Positions 32,665 through 43,544 are shown, counted from the first letter of the stretch. The stretch is 64,000 bases of DNA from Candidatus Methanoperedenaceae archaeon (GCA_963753595.1 CAVWCX010000033.1:39360-103359), one strand, 5' to 3'. Numbers and translations: made by a program. The notes: a model not told the origin generated them from the sequence alone.

Positions 32665-34632
32665 TTAAAGCACGAACAATGTGAACAGCAGATAACCAAT
32701 AGTCATCATAATAACCGAATGCTTAAGGCCCGACAGGGCACTTCCTTCACCCATGACACCTGCGATCAAACCGGATGAAAGACCCTGGATAAGAGCGCCA
32801 TGGAAGAAAATAAGATTATACATATTCAATTTCTCACGGTTAAGGCTAAGTGGAACAGCCCCGCTGCCTCCGACTGCCATCTTTTCTCCTGCTTTTACCA
32901 TCTCGGTAAGGAAAGTAGTAGAAATAATATAAATGATCCCTACGAAAACCATGAATGAAATATAAATAATTACTACATAAATGAACATATTGGTTTTACG
33001 TTCAGTCTTCAATTCCTGTTCTGCTGCAACGTCTCTTGCAGCCACATTCAATACTTCACCAATATCTCCGCTTGATTCATTTGCCTTTGTCAATAAATTG
33101 ACAGACCTGGAAATAAAGTGTGTCCTGAACCGGTTGGCGAACCGGATGAGCGATTCATTAACAGGAAGTCCCCATTCGACATCATTATTGATCTTCTTTA
33201 TCTCTTTACTCAATCCAATATCAGAACGCGTCATCAATTTTATTGAATCGCGAAGAGTCATACCCGTCTCATTCGTACTTGCCAGTTTTTTTAAGAAATC
33301 AGGAATTTGTTCCTGTATCTTATCTTCCTTTCTTTTCTTATACTCATGGAATAACATCAAAGGGATAATAAGAATATAAATTGCGAAAACGACTTTATCA
33401 TCAATATAATCCATAAAGTTGGGTGATCTCATCCCATAATATATGTTAATAATTAAATATATAAATGTAATTGGAAAACTCACAGCCAAAGCCAATATCG
33501 GTTTTTCCCTCAGTGGTTTCAGCGGATCGCGGATCATTTCATTAAATTTCAGGGAATTTCTTGACTTGATAAATCCAAGAAATGTCGGCTTTTCTTCAGT
33601 TTCAGGAACAATTATCTCACCAACATGGCTCTGGGTAGGAAGAAGAGGCGCCTCACCAGTATTTCCTGGTGTAATAATATTGACCATTACCACAAATATC
33701 ATCGAACCTACGGGTATTACTGCGTATATTATCGCATAGATCATCATATCGCTGCCGGAACCCATAACAGACATCATGACACCAAGAATGATCATAAATA
33801 AAGGTCCTGCAACAAAAGCTGTTACATATGATTCAGCTACCAATCCCAGGGTTTCAAGGAATCCTTTCTGGTCTACCTTTGCCTTAACAAGGTACTGTTC
33901 CGATTTATCCCTGAAATAAGTAGGAATATCTCCGCCGCTGTCAATAACTGTCAGAAGATTATGCATCAGGTCCCTGAAATTTGACGATGGTGTGGAATCA
34001 CAAATGTTTTGGAGAGCAGTTCGCAGGTCATTTCCAAAATAATCCATATCCCTGACTATAGCATCTATTTCCTTTGATACCTCGCCATATGTGCTTGAAC
34101 ACCTGCTCAAGGAACGAAATATTTCTATTAAATTCATCCCTCCCCTGCTTAATGCATACAAATAAGTAACAGCATAAGGCAGGTTTTTGTCAATATCTCC
34201 CTTTCGTTCTCCGGCCCTGAAACCCGGATACACAAGAAAGAGCAGATAGGTGATCATCCCAAACAACCCGCCCAGGAATAGAACGATAAAAATTGAAATC
34301 GATATTGTTTTATATTGCAGCATCCATGCGGTTTCCTGAGTGAATGTCAGGTGAGTGATCCTCTCGGGGAGACCCACAATGGCTACAATAACATATGCAA
34401 TTATCAAACCCATGATAGCTCCAAAAAGACCTGTTACTACCGAATAAAATACTGCGTTTGATAAATACATTTCATATGACATCGGAATGCGCGCCTGCCT
34501 TAATGCCATTCGCATATCATGGAACTGTTCTTTTTTCGCTTTTATCTTGTCGCCAAGCAAGACAAATGGCAGTTTCTTTATTTTTAAGAACATCAATTCT
34601 GCGGATCTGTTTATATTTTCCATTTCCCTCAT
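32665..34632 (-). CDS. Type II secretion F / TadC (FlaJ/PilC-like) membrane platform protein
   Basis: Two T2SSF-like domains (LPYAVTYLY..., IPDFLKKLAS...) and multiple TM helices. Coupled to the ATPase gene. Confidence 0.9.
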   Translation of the reverse strand: MREMENINRSAELMFLKIKKLPFVLLGDKIKAKKEQFHDMRMALRQARIPMSYEMYLSNAVFYSVVTGLFGAIMGLIIAYVIVAIVGLPERITHLTFTQETAWMLQYKTISISIFIVLFLGGLFGMITYLLFLVYPGFRAGERKGDIDKNLPYAVTYLYALSRGGMNLIEIFRSLSRCSSTYGEVSKEIDAIVRDMDYFGNDLRTALQNICDSTPSSNFRDLMHNLLTVIDSGGDIPTYFRDKSEQYLVKAKVDQKGFLETLGLVAESYVTAFVAGPLFMIILGVMMSVMGSGSDMMIYAIIYAVIPVGSMIFVVMVNIITPGNTGEAPLLPTQSHVGEIIVPETEEKPTFLGFIKSRNSLKFNEMIRDPLKPLREKPILALAVSFPITFIYLIINIYYGMRSPNFMDYIDDKVVFAIYILIIPLMLFHEYKKRKEDKIQEQIPDFLKKLASTNETGMTLRDSIKLMTRSDIGLSKEIKKINNDVEWGLPVNESLIRFANRFRTHFISRSVNLLTKANESSGDIGEVLNVAARDVAAEQELKTERKTNMFIYVVIIYISFMVFVGIIYIISTTFLTEMVKAGEKMAVGGSGAVPLSLNREKLNMYNLIFFHGALIQGLSSGLIAGVMGEGSALSGLKHSVIMMTIGYLLFTLFVL

Positions 34633-37085
34633 CCTGATATCAATAATTTCTTGAGTACTTTGTCTGGAGTGACCTGGTAATCATGGATAATAGTAGCTAT
34701 CGCATTGAAATCAGATATTTTGTTATTGACCATGAACTCGAGGATTTTTTGCCGGTTCATTAATTCTTTTTTCATATCCATAATATTCCAGCCTCTGCGG
34801 ATCATTATTTCATTTAGCGCTTTTGAGTCCCCCACCCGGTTGAATTTATCAGTCAGTGCATCCCATGCAAAAATATCATTCGTCCGGATGTTCCTTGTTG
34901 TCGGGTCAATATCAGTGATCTCAACAAGTTTCATATTGCGCCGTGCCCTTTTTCCTTTTACGAAAGTTTGTGACTGAATACTGATAATATTGAGTGCCTG
35001 TATCATGGTCCTGGGGACACTGATAGGTGGATTCTCAAGCCGATGGATGGCACTTGAAACCGAATCGGCATGCATAGTGGAAAATGTTGTATGGCCGGTG
35101 CTCATTGCCTGGAAAAGTGTCAGAGCTTCCTTACCCCTGACTTCACCCACAAGAAGGAATTCCGGCCTCTGCCGAAGTGCGGCTTTTAGCAGGTCATACA
35201 TATCGATAGTCCCTTTCCCATCAGCTGTAAAGGAATCTCTTGTTACGCCTGGTATCCAGTTAGGATGCGGCAATTTTAATTCCCGTGTATCTTCAAGCGT
35301 GATGATCTTGGCCTGCCAGGGAATGAACAATGAAACCGCGTTAAGTGAAGAAGTCTTTCCTGAAGCTGTGCCGCCAGCATATATAAGACTCTTATTGTTC
35401 TCAATGCAAAGCCACAGATAGGCCATTTCCTCGGCTGAGAAAGTATTCCAGTTAATCAGGTCGACTGGTGTTATCGGGACTTCACTGAACTTTCGGATAG
35501 TAAAAGTAGCTCCATGAGTTGTAATATTTTTCCCTAGTGTCATCTGGATGCGTGAGCCGTCAGGCATAGTTGCGTCTATCATTGGTTCTGCGACTGAAAT
35601 ATGCTTTCCGCACCGCTGGGCAAGCCGTATAACATAAGAATCCAATTCGTCTTCGCTGTAAACTATATTTGTCGCCAGGTTGGTGTATTTCTTATGATAT
35701 AAATAAATAGGAACACCAAAACCATTCGCTGAAACATCTTCAATTCTGTCATCATGCATGAGAGGATCGATTTTTCCAAATTTTATAAAATCCCTTCGCG
35801 TATAATATAATATTTTTTCAGTTGTTAAAGGGCTTACATCTATTGAATATTCTTTGACTAGTTTCCTGACTTTATCCGTAAGGGTTTTAATTTTATCTTC
35901 ATCATTTTTAATATCTTCAAAAAGAAGAACATCTTTTAACCTATCTTTTATTTCCTTGAGGAATAGCTCCTCAAAATCAGAAAGTTTTGGTTCAACTACG
36001 TAATACACGTTTGAATTCTTTTCAGGATTAAACAAAATTACAACTAAAGCATACGGTTCATTAACCCAGTAGCGTTCCAGTTCATTGTACCCGGCAATAC
36101 CCTCAAACGTTACAAGCGGTCCATGACCAGAAGGATCGTATAATTCCTTATCGCCTTCTTCCTTAGTCAGTATTAGTTTAATTTTTCCCATCAGGGTTTT
36201 AGGTTTTTCCACATCATCCGGGGATTGCATTTCCCTGAGTTTCTTTACCCGGGTTTCAATATCTGTTACTAATTTATCTTCAAAAATATCATAAACAGCC
36301 TGCTTTTCAGGTGTCATCTTTTCTTTTATGAGATCTTTTGTTGTATCAACACCAAGGCGCTGCATAATGGCGCTCATTTCTTCAGATGGCTGTTTTTCTT
36401 CACGGGCTGGTTTTCCCGCTTTTTTCCCACTTTCAGGCTTTTTACTTTCTGTTTTATTTTCAGAAGGTTTTTCTGGCTTTTTTTCTTTTATAGCCTTCTT
36501 ATCAATTGATGAAGAACTTTTTTCTTTATCGTGTCCTGATACTTTATCTGGTTCAGTTTTCGTTTTTATTTCAGTCTTATGTTCATTCATGCCTGGCTTT
36601 TTCAGGGGATTCTCAATATTTGGACTTTCCAGGGGAGGTTTTGTTTCTTTTTCATTGGTTGATTCACCTGGTTTTTTTATGGATCCTGCTTTAGGCTCTT
36701 CCTTAAAGTCGTCTTCAGGCTCTGTTTTAGAATCTATCTTAGGCTCTATTTTAAGCTCTATCTTAGGCTCTATCTTAGGCTCTATCTTAGGCTCTATCTT
36801 AGGCTCTGGTTTAGATTTTTCGTCTGATTTCAGATCTTCGCGTTTTTCCCCGGAAGGTTCTTTTTCGGGTTGTATAACATTTATTTTGTTTTTTTCCTCA
36901 TGATGTCCAGGCTTTTCAACCGGATTTTCAGGTTTTAAAACAAGTTCCGGAGTTTGATTTTTTTCTTCTGGTAATACCTTATCTTTTTTAATTGCCCTTC
37001 GCTTTTTTCCCTTTCTATTTCCCAATAGCTCTGGGCTTAACTTCACATTTTCTTCTAATTCCGACTTATTTTCCATTTGAGCCAT
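34629..37085 (-). CDS. Type IV pilus/archaellum-type secretion ATPase (PilB/FlaI/VirB11) with long charged N-terminal extension
   Basis: Walker A GGTASGKT, LEDTREL, ALRQRPE..VGEVRG and AMSTGH..STMHA. Confidence 0.93.
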   Translation of the reverse strand: MAQMENKSELEENVKLSPELLGNRKGKKRRAIKKDKVLPEEKNQTPELVLKPENPVEKPGHHEEKNKINVIQPEKEPSGEKREDLKSDEKSKPEPKIEPKIEPKIEPKIELKIEPKIDSKTEPEDDFKEEPKAGSIKKPGESTNEKETKPPLESPNIENPLKKPGMNEHKTEIKTKTEPDKVSGHDKEKSSSSIDKKAIKEKKPEKPSENKTESKKPESGKKAGKPAREEKQPSEEMSAIMQRLGVDTTKDLIKEKMTPEKQAVYDIFEDKLVTDIETRVKKLREMQSPDDVEKPKTLMGKIKLILTKEEGDKELYDPSGHGPLVTFEGIAGYNELERYWVNEPYALVVILFNPEKNSNVYYVVEPKLSDFEELFLKEIKDRLKDVLLFEDIKNDEDKIKTLTDKVRKLVKEYSIDVSPLTTEKILYYTRRDFIKFGKIDPLMHDDRIEDVSANGFGVPIYLYHKKYTNLATNIVYSEDELDSYVIRLAQRCGKHISVAEPMIDATMPDGSRIQMTLGKNITTHGATFTIRKFSEVPITPVDLINWNTFSAEEMAYLWLCIENNKSLIYAGGTASGKTSSLNAVSLFIPWQAKIITLEDTRELKLPHPNWIPGVTRDSFTADGKGTIDMYDLLKAALRQRPEFLLVGEVRGKEALTLFQAMSTGHTTFSTMHADSVSSAIHRLENPPISVPRTMIQALNIISIQSQTFVKGKRARRNMKLVEITDIDPTTRNIRTNDIFAWDALTDKFNRVGDSKALNEIMIRRGWNIMDMKKELMNRQKILEFMVNNKISDFNAIATIIHDYQVTPDKVLKKLLISG
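36733..36804. repeat. Six 12-bp tandem repeats encoding (EPKI)n in the ATPase N-terminus
   Basis: TCTATCTTAGGC x6, one copy variant (TCTATTTTAAGC). Confidence 0.9.
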
Positions 37086-37147
37086 TTTTCATTGCCTTTT
37101 TAGATTTTTTTTTTCAATTGTATGGTTCGTTTAATAATCTATCACTA

Positions 37148-37351
37148 TTATATATTTATTTTTTTGAAGTCCTCTATATCTTTTGATAAGCGGGTAAGCT
37201 CTTCATCTGTGATAGAAATCCTGCCCTTCAATTCATGAAGTTCTTTTTCCAATTGTTTCATCCTGACAGACATCAAATAAATGAAAATAAATGCAAAAAA
37301 AAGTATTATAATTAGAGTAATTGTTAGAATTTCCATTCTATTTTCCTCCAA
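37148..37351 (-). CDS. Small membrane protein with coiled coil
   Basis: One TM followed by an amphipathic tail. Lies between minD and the ATPase gene. Confidence 0.7.
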   Translation of the reverse strand: MEENRMEILTITLIIILFFAFIFIYLMSVRMKQLEKELHELKGRISITDEELTRLSKDIEDFKKINI

Positions 37352-38126
37352 AAATAGACTTTACGAGACGATCAACGAACCCTTCCTTATCTTTTTCCAC
37401 TTTTGTTTCAATATATTTCTCTCCTGAAAGCTGGGCAGCAAGCCTCTTGTATGCTATGGATGCAGGAGAATTCGGGTATTTCACGACTATTGGCGTCTTA
37501 AAAGCAGCTGAAAGTCTTACATTTGCATCCTCTGGTATCATTTCAAGTATCTTTACACCAAGAAGTTCGGATACTTTATTTCGGTTTATTTCCGTTTTCT
37601 CAAGTGTTGAACGATTTAAAATAGCACCTTCCACACTCCTACCCAGCATTTCAGTTAGGGCTTTTGTTTTCAATGCATCCGCCATTGAAGCAAGTTCAGG
37701 ATTCACGACCAGAATAACCTGGTCTGCAACAGCAAGCGGAATGACACCGTCCCTGCTAATGCCGGCAGGAGCATCTATCAACAGGAAATCCATTCCATCA
37801 ACAAGAGTGGACATTACATCTTTCAATATATCAGGATTTGATTTCTGGAATCCTTTCAATGATAAGCCGCTGGGCACTACTTTAAGTCCGCCAGGGCCAT
37901 CATAAATAGCCTCTTTTATAGTAGCGCTTCCGCTCATTACTTCATGCAGCGTTATTTTGCTTCTTTCAAGACCGATCAAGAGACCAAGGTTTGCCATGCC
38001 GATATCGGCATCGAGGACCACTGTCTTTTTTCCCGTAAGAGCCAGAGCTGTTCCAAGATTGAGCGTGGTAGTGGTTTTTCCTGTGCCGCCCTTTCCTGAA
38101 GCTATAGTATAAACGTGTGCTGTCAT
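37338..38126 (-). CDS. minD: MinD/ParA family ATPase
   Basis: SGKGGTGKTT, DADIGMANL, IDAPAG and IPED motifs. Confidence 0.93.
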   Translation of the reverse strand: MTAHVYTIASGKGGTGKTTTTLNLGTALALTGKKTVVLDADIGMANLGLLIGLERSKITLHEVMSGSATIKEAIYDGPGGLKVVPSGLSLKGFQKSNPDILKDVMSTLVDGMDFLLIDAPAGISRDGVIPLAVADQVILVVNPELASMADALKTKALTEMLGRSVEGAILNRSTLEKTEINRNKVSELLGVKILEMIPEDANVRLSAAFKTPIVVKYPNSPASIAYKRLAAQLSGEKYIETKVEKDKEGFVDRLVKSIFGGK

Positions 38127-38244
38127 TACAATTCCTTCCAGATTTATGATATATTCATGTATATGATATACATTATAATGCTCATAAGGGGTTAATAAAC
38201 CTAACCTAGATTTATTAAAAAGTACATGATTATCCAGTTTCGCA

Positions 38245-38294
38245 CTAAGCGCAATCTTTTAACCCATTCATGATCGCCATAATCGAATCAATAT
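38245..38294 (-). pseudogene. Displaced original 3' end of the dus gene (left attachment junction)
   Basis: The minus strand reads IDSIMAIMNGLKDCA*, paralleling the current dus end IDSIMSIMQDILNNSY*. Both share GAATCAATAT. Confidence 0.8.
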
Positions 38295-38354
38295 GTTGTA
38301 AATGATGCACAATATTAAATACTATGGATGTGTATAATGGTTTAAGGTAAAATC

Positions 38355-39428
38355 ATGAAGTTAAGCAAATATCTTGAGTTTAAAGCCGCGCAAGGAATAG
38401 AGGGTGGGACACTGAATAACTACGAATATGTATTGGGATACTTGAACAAATGGAAGGATTTAGAGCAGATCACCAAAGACAACCTAATTTCTTTTTTCAA
38501 TAAGAACGAATGGAAAGAAAAAGCAGATTCTACAAAAAATTTACATGCGATCATAATAAAAACATACTTTAAGGACACTGGAAAGCTTGAGGTGGTGGAC
38601 TGGATAAAAATGAAGTCCTTAAGAGAAACAATCAGCCCAGAGCAAACATTAACCCCAGATGATATTAACAAGCTATTAGAAGTCGCAGATAACCCTTATG
38701 ATAAGGCACTTATAGCATTCCTCTATGATGCAGGATGCAGGATAAGCGAAGCACAGCGCATCAAGTGGAAAGACTTACAGGATACAACGGATGGCATTAT
38801 CGTATCTATCCCCACCAAGAAGACCTCGGCCGGCTACAGAAAGGTTATTTTGCCTTTTTCCTCCCAATACCTCAAGAACCTCAAAATTTATTCCTATGGC
38901 GAAGATAATGATTTTATTTTTAGATGGAATTATCGAGCCCATGCTCAGCGTCTCCAGAACATAAGAGAGAAATCAGGAATACAAAAGCCGTTTACCTGCC
39001 ATAAGCTGAGACATGCAGCAGCAACAGAGCTTGTATTGCAGGGAGTCCAGGAAGGAATTATTAAAAAGAAGATGGGGTGGAGTCCTTCAAGTCCGATGAT
39101 AGCCAGGTACACGCACCCCAATGATGATGCAGTGATCCAAGCAACCTTAAAAATACATGGTAAAGAACGAGATGTTAGGAAGCCTATAAACATAATCCAG
39201 CCTGAAAAACCATCGCTCACAGATGCTTATGGTCAATTTTTCAAGATTCAAGAGGAAAACCAACAAACGAAAGAACAATTAGAAAATCTAATTGTAATAA
39301 ATAAAAAACACATGAACGAGAACAGCGAGCTTAAAACACAAATGGAGAAGCAAGCGGAAGATATGGAGACCATGAAACGCCAGATGGAGCTTATCACGGC
39401 AGCAATGGCAGCGAAGCAATTATTTTAA
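38355..39428 (+). CDS. Tyrosine integrase with C-terminal coiled coil
   Basis: Catalytic set LYDAGCRISE, HKLRH, MGW and ARY. Confidence 0.93.
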   Translation: MKLSKYLEFKAAQGIEGGTLNNYEYVLGYLNKWKDLEQITKDNLISFFNKNEWKEKADSTKNLHAIIIKTYFKDTGKLEVVDWIKMKSLRETISPEQTLTPDDINKLLEVADNPYDKALIAFLYDAGCRISEAQRIKWKDLQDTTDGIIVSIPTKKTSAGYRKVILPFSSQYLKNLKIYSYGEDNDFIFRWNYRAHAQRLQNIREKSGIQKPFTCHKLRHAAATELVLQGVQEGIIKKKMGWSPSSPMIARYTHPNDDAVIQATLKIHGKERDVRKPINIIQPEKPSLTDAYGQFFKIQEENQQTKEQLENLIVINKKHMNENSELKTQMEKQAEDMETMKRQMELITAAMAAKQLF

Positions 39429-39584
39429 GATGAACTGGAATAAGTGACTAGGTTGAGAATTCAAAGGATGTGTGCAAGCCATATATTGTGTTTTCTCTGT
39501 TATAAGCTCTAATATACCTTATTTTTTCTTTCTGAACAAGCCCCCGTGTTATTGCCAGAAAAAGACGTTCATTTCATTTTTATA

Positions 39585-39608
39585 ATTAGTATAACATGTT
39601 ATACTAAT
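39585..39608. promoter_or_regulatory. Perfect 24-bp palindrome, candidate operator upstream of the RHH-to-MCM operon
   Basis: ATTAGTATAACATGTTATACTAAT is its own reverse complement. Confidence 0.6.
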
Positions 39609-39680
39609 ATAACAAATATAATTTGTTTATGCTCTTTTTATATTTGACTAAATTCCTATGTAGGCATAGGTGAATATGCC

Positions 39681-39881
39681 ATGAAACAAGTCAATATCCA
39701 AATTTCAGAAAAAACCCTAGATCGGGTCAAAAAAATTGCGAAAAATGAAGAGTTACCATATACCTCCCTTATTCGCAATTGGGTAGTACAGAAAACAAGA
39801 GAATATGCACCCGCTGAAACCCTGGCAAGAGAACCAGCGGAATGCAGCCACATCAATCAAGGAAAGATGCAGCATGAGTAA
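39681..39881 (+). CDS. Ribbon-helix-helix (CopG-like) DNA-binding protein
   Basis: MKQVNIQISEKTLDRVKKIAKNEELPYTSLIRNWV, with a GGTGA RBS. Confidence 0.8.
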   Translation: MKQVNIQISEKTLDRVKKIAKNEELPYTSLIRNWVVQKTREYAPAETLAREPAECSHINQGKMQHE

Positions 39882-40029
39882 ATACAAATCATCTTTTATT
39901 AACTTTGCTAAGACACGGATGGAAACGCAGGGTGATGAAATCCGCGAATGGGCAACGTCAGACAATCCCCTGTTATCACAAATTTGTAGGGAGGTAATGG
40001 AGGCGGCAGGGCAAGGGGAGCAAAAATGA
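39874..40029 (+). CDS. Small hypothetical protein
   Basis: MSKYKSS...WATSDNPLLSQICREVMEAA. Overlaps both neighbours. Confidence 0.55.
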   Translation: MSKYKSSFINFAKTRMETQGDEIREWATSDNPLLSQICREVMEAAGQGEQK

Positions 40030-40364
40030 AAGGGAAAGCTCCGCCCGTTACCAGCGGGCAGAACTCGAATATAGATTCTAATGTTAAGATTGTACCTTCT
40101 GCTAATAAAGACGTAAGGAGGATTTTTTTACAAGCATTGAGGACCCGGGCATATTCCAAAAATAAGATTATCCCATTCCCGGAGGTAAAACGGATTCTGT
40201 CGTGGTGGAGAGTACAAAAACAAGAACGCGACGAGCTACTTTATGATTTAAAGGATGAAGGGTTTTTGGAAATCATACCTTTTCATGGTATCAGGATAAA
40301 ACCAGCAGCCGATATAAAAAAAGCAGAGGGTGGGGAAAGGGAAGAGAAAAAGGAGGAAAGATGA
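40026..40364 (+). CDS. Hypothetical protein, possible winged helix
   Basis: Coupled ORF (ATGA overlaps) with IPFPEVKRIL...LKDEGFLEIIPFHGIRI. Confidence 0.65.
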   Translation: MKGKAPPVTSGQNSNIDSNVKIVPSANKDVRRIFLQALRTRAYSKNKIIPFPEVKRILSWWRVQKQERDELLYDLKDEGFLEIIPFHGIRIKPAADIKKAEGGEREEKKEER

Positions 40365-40729
40365 GAACAGAAAGGCTAAGGGGATTATTTTTACAATTCT
40401 TGAGGGAAAACGAGCTAGAGAATGCGCTTATATGCAATAGTTCTATCACAATCGCTCAGGACGAATCACTGAAATATGAGCGTATTGACAAATACAACGT
40501 GCTTTTTTTGACATCCGAAGATCTCAAAAAATTGCTTGCGTTCTGTGATAAGCATGGCATAAGCATATGGTTTGGCGCAGATAAGCTTTGTATCGGTTTC
40601 AATTACAAAGGAAACATGCGACTTTCAGCTTATGATTCTGTCTTGCCGGTGAGATCTGCAGCTGTTCCCAGGGAAGACAGAAAAGACGATCAACTGAGAG
40701 CGGCGTACTCAACCGCCCTTACCGTCTAG
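40361..40729 (+). CDS. Hypothetical protein
   Basis: 122-aa ORF with an AGGAGG RBS and ATGA overlap. Confidence 0.65.
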   Translation: MRTERLRGLFLQFLRENELENALICNSSITIAQDESLKYERIDKYNVLFLTSEDLKKLLAFCDKHGISIWFGADKLCIGFNYKGNMRLSAYDSVLPVRSAAVPREDRKDDQLRAAYSTALTV

Positions 40730-40746
40730 TTTTTTTATGAGGGATT

Positions 40747-41283
40747 ATGAAAAATATAATAGTTGTGATCAATGCCAGCAGCATTCTTGAAGAAATACAA
40801 GCTGGGAATGAATTTGGCCGTAGAAAGTGGGAGAACAATTGCCACAGCATAAAGGCTTCCTACAAACAGAAGACGAGCCGGATGGAAAAGAACGGCAAGG
40901 CGTATGAATATACGAAATGGTACAGGGAAAAAGATACGGGTGGGCTTGAATGTGTCGGGAAAGATGAACCGGACTGGAAGAAGATCCTTCCAAAAGAACC
41001 TGAAATGAGACAGATCGCTGCAAAGACGTATGAAGGTCATCTGATAATGGAACAGAAAGATTATGAGGCTCATATTGGCCTGTTCCTGGATTATCTTGTA
41101 TTCAGGCTTGAAGACTGCAAGAACCTGTTACATCCGCTATACAAGAATCCTGAGAAGGCACTCAAAGGCGATTCTGTCCACGGGGGTGGGGTGAGCTCGG
41201 CAGGATCGCAGAGATCCGGAGGGACAGAAAATGAAGATGACACGTACCAGGATGAGTTGGATACAGAAGAGCGATTTCTATGA
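40747..41283 (+). CDS. Hypothetical protein
   Basis: 178-aa ORF coupled to MCM, containing KNGKAYEYTKWYRE...CVGK. Confidence 0.7.
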   Translation: MKNIIVVINASSILEEIQAGNEFGRRKWENNCHSIKASYKQKTSRMEKNGKAYEYTKWYREKDTGGLECVGKDEPDWKKILPKEPEMRQIAAKTYEGHLIMEQKDYEAHIGLFLDYLVFRLEDCKNLLHPLYKNPEKALKGDSVHGGGVSSAGSQRSGGTENEDDTYQDELDTEERFL

Positions 41284-43544
41284 AGGGGAAGAAATCTGCG
41301 TTTAACGGTGAAGATAGTGTATTATATTCTCTTGGAGCAAGCGGAGTCACGGAAAAGACACTTATTGAATCGTCCCGCGCCTGGGAAAAGATAAGCACCG
41401 CGCACGACAAAAGCATTTCCACTGCTAAAAGGATGTTTTACAATGCTGTTGATAGGGAGTTTCTTTTTAAGGATAGCAGCACACCTTCATCATACGGATT
41501 CACCAAAGCGGGATATGAACGCTATCTTTTGTTAAAAAAGCGTGACAGCGTGCTTAAAGGGGCTTCACGAACATTTGAAGATTTTTTAAGGCTGTATTAT
41601 TGGGATGTTCTTTTGGATACTGTGAATAACCGCGCTAAATATTTAGAAATAAAATTTAGTGATATTGAGTTGGGGCTTGGTAATAAGTTTGCTGAGACAT
41701 TGATCGATTCCCCGGACCAAACTCTCCAGGAACTGGATAATATATTCAATGATATGGTTTTACCTACAGATGACGATTACCGCCCTTCATTGAGTATTGT
41801 TGGCCTGGGGAAAACTAACATAGTTACCGTTGAAGGTGCAAGGGACGAGAAATTATTACGAAAATTAATAGAAGTAGATGGCCGAGTGATGACGCAGTTT
41901 GAGGTAAAACCCCGGTTTATGCAAGTGGCATATCAATGCCGGCGATGCGGCCATATCACGATTGTCCCCCAGACAGCTGGGAAGATTATAGAGCCATTTG
42001 AGTGTGATAATGATGTGTGTGGACGTAGAGGGCCGTTTATTCCCGAATTCTCAGAATCTACACGGATCAACTCACAGGAAATAATTTTAGAGAACGAACG
42101 TGGGCAGGTTCATTTATCCGTTATTCTGGACGATCCTTTATGTACTTCAAATTATGAAGTTCGGGATGCTAAGCTCGTTCGTATCGTAGGGGTGTTGGAT
42201 TTTAGGAGAGTGGATACTAAAGGAGGTGTTGAGTATAATTTTGTTCTCAGGGCCAAAAGCATAAGATTGGCAGAGGATAATAATGTTGAGCCGCCCACGA
42301 CAGAAGAGATTGGGCTTTTTGAAACATGGGCAAAGAACCCGGCAGATCTCAGGGCTCGCCTTATACAAAGCGTGGCTCCCCATATACATGGTCGCGAAAC
42401 TGAAAAGGATGCTTTGTGTTTGAGCTTGTTCTCGGACTGGACATGGAAACTTCCAGCAAAAAAAATGCTAGTCAGAAGCAGCCTGCATATATTAATTATA
42501 GGTGATCCTGGAACTGCAAAATCGGAGATGTTAAAAGATCTCGCAAAGATCGCGCCCAAAGCGATCGAGGGGCAGGGAGAGAATGCTACTGGAAGGGGAT
42601 TAAGCAATTCTGCAACACAAGAGAATGGGATCTGGGTTATAAAAGCGGGCCTGTTTGCTAAAGCAGATGGTGGGATAGTTGTCCTGGATGAACTGGATAA
42701 AGTTAAAAAAGACGATCTTGTTGCTTTGAACAGCATCCTCGTTTCTCAGAAACAGATCGCGGATAAGGCGGGACTGCATGTAGAATTTGATACGCGTTGT
42801 GCGGCTGTTTGTGGTGCTAACCCCCTGAACGGCCACATTGATGAATACGAACCTATCATTAAACAATTGGGATTGAACAGCTTCCTTTTCCAAAGGTTTG
42901 ATCTCGTATTTGTAATTAGAGACAAGCCGGATACAATAGAAGATGGACTGATATATGATAAAATACATGCGGCTTGCAACAAAGCCTCCCTTGGTGATTC
43001 TGTTTTGAATCGAGTTATCCCTCTTGAACTGATTAAAAAATATATTTTATACGCACGCACAAAACCAGAACCTACCATCGCCCCTGATGCAAACGACATT
43101 TTGAAAAGTTATTATCTTAATATCAGGTTAGGGATTGGGATTAAGAAGGAAGAGATTTTAAATTACCCTGCTATATCCGCCAGGACTGCGGCTGCCCTCA
43201 ATAAACTCGCTAAAGTTATAGCACGCAGAGAACTCGCCGCCGAAGCTACTGTGGAACATGTTCAATATGCTATCTCATTATATAGAGAAAGTATCAAAAG
43301 TGTGGGTATGGGGAAAGAAGAGGATATGAATGCACTTGACCTCGGTGGGACAGGATCCCAGTATAAGAGGATCGAAGATATCAGAGGTGTGTGCATTAGG
43401 CACAAATCCGAAGGCGGGGTGACTATATCACAAATATCCAAGTGGACTGGATATCCTGAAGGCGCTGTGGCTAATATTGTTTCTCGCTGGAAAACCAGCG
43501 GAGAACTAATCGAAACAAGCCAGGATAGGTATAGAATAGTTTGA
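41280..43544 (+). CDS. mcm: Element-encoded MCM replicative helicase with N-terminal extension
   Basis: Zn finger CRRC..CDNDVC, Walker A GDPGTAKS, Walker B VVLDELDK, ANP, Arg finger QRFDL and ISART. Confidence 0.95.
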   Translation: MKGKKSAFNGEDSVLYSLGASGVTEKTLIESSRAWEKISTAHDKSISTAKRMFYNAVDREFLFKDSSTPSSYGFTKAGYERYLLLKKRDSVLKGASRTFEDFLRLYYWDVLLDTVNNRAKYLEIKFSDIELGLGNKFAETLIDSPDQTLQELDNIFNDMVLPTDDDYRPSLSIVGLGKTNIVTVEGARDEKLLRKLIEVDGRVMTQFEVKPRFMQVAYQCRRCGHITIVPQTAGKIIEPFECDNDVCGRRGPFIPEFSESTRINSQEIILENERGQVHLSVILDDPLCTSNYEVRDAKLVRIVGVLDFRRVDTKGGVEYNFVLRAKSIRLAEDNNVEPPTTEEIGLFETWAKNPADLRARLIQSVAPHIHGRETEKDALCLSLFSDWTWKLPAKKMLVRSSLHILIIGDPGTAKSEMLKDLAKIAPKAIEGQGENATGRGLSNSATQENGIWVIKAGLFAKADGGIVVLDELDKVKKDDLVALNSILVSQKQIADKAGLHVEFDTRCAAVCGANPLNGHIDEYEPIIKQLGLNSFLFQRFDLVFVIRDKPDTIEDGLIYDKIHAACNKASLGDSVLNRVIPLELIKKYILYARTKPEPTIAPDANDILKSYYLNIRLGIGIKKEEILNYPAISARTAAALNKLAKVIARRELAAEATVEHVQYAISLYRESIKSVGMGKEEDMNALDLGGTGSQYKRIEDIRGVCIRHKSEGGVTISQISKWTGYPEGAVANIVSRWKTSGELIETSQDRYRIV

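Noticed and set aside
37338-38126. minD as the element's partition ATPase
   Set aside because: It lies outside the left attachment core and is operonic with the host pilus ATPase/TadC genes.
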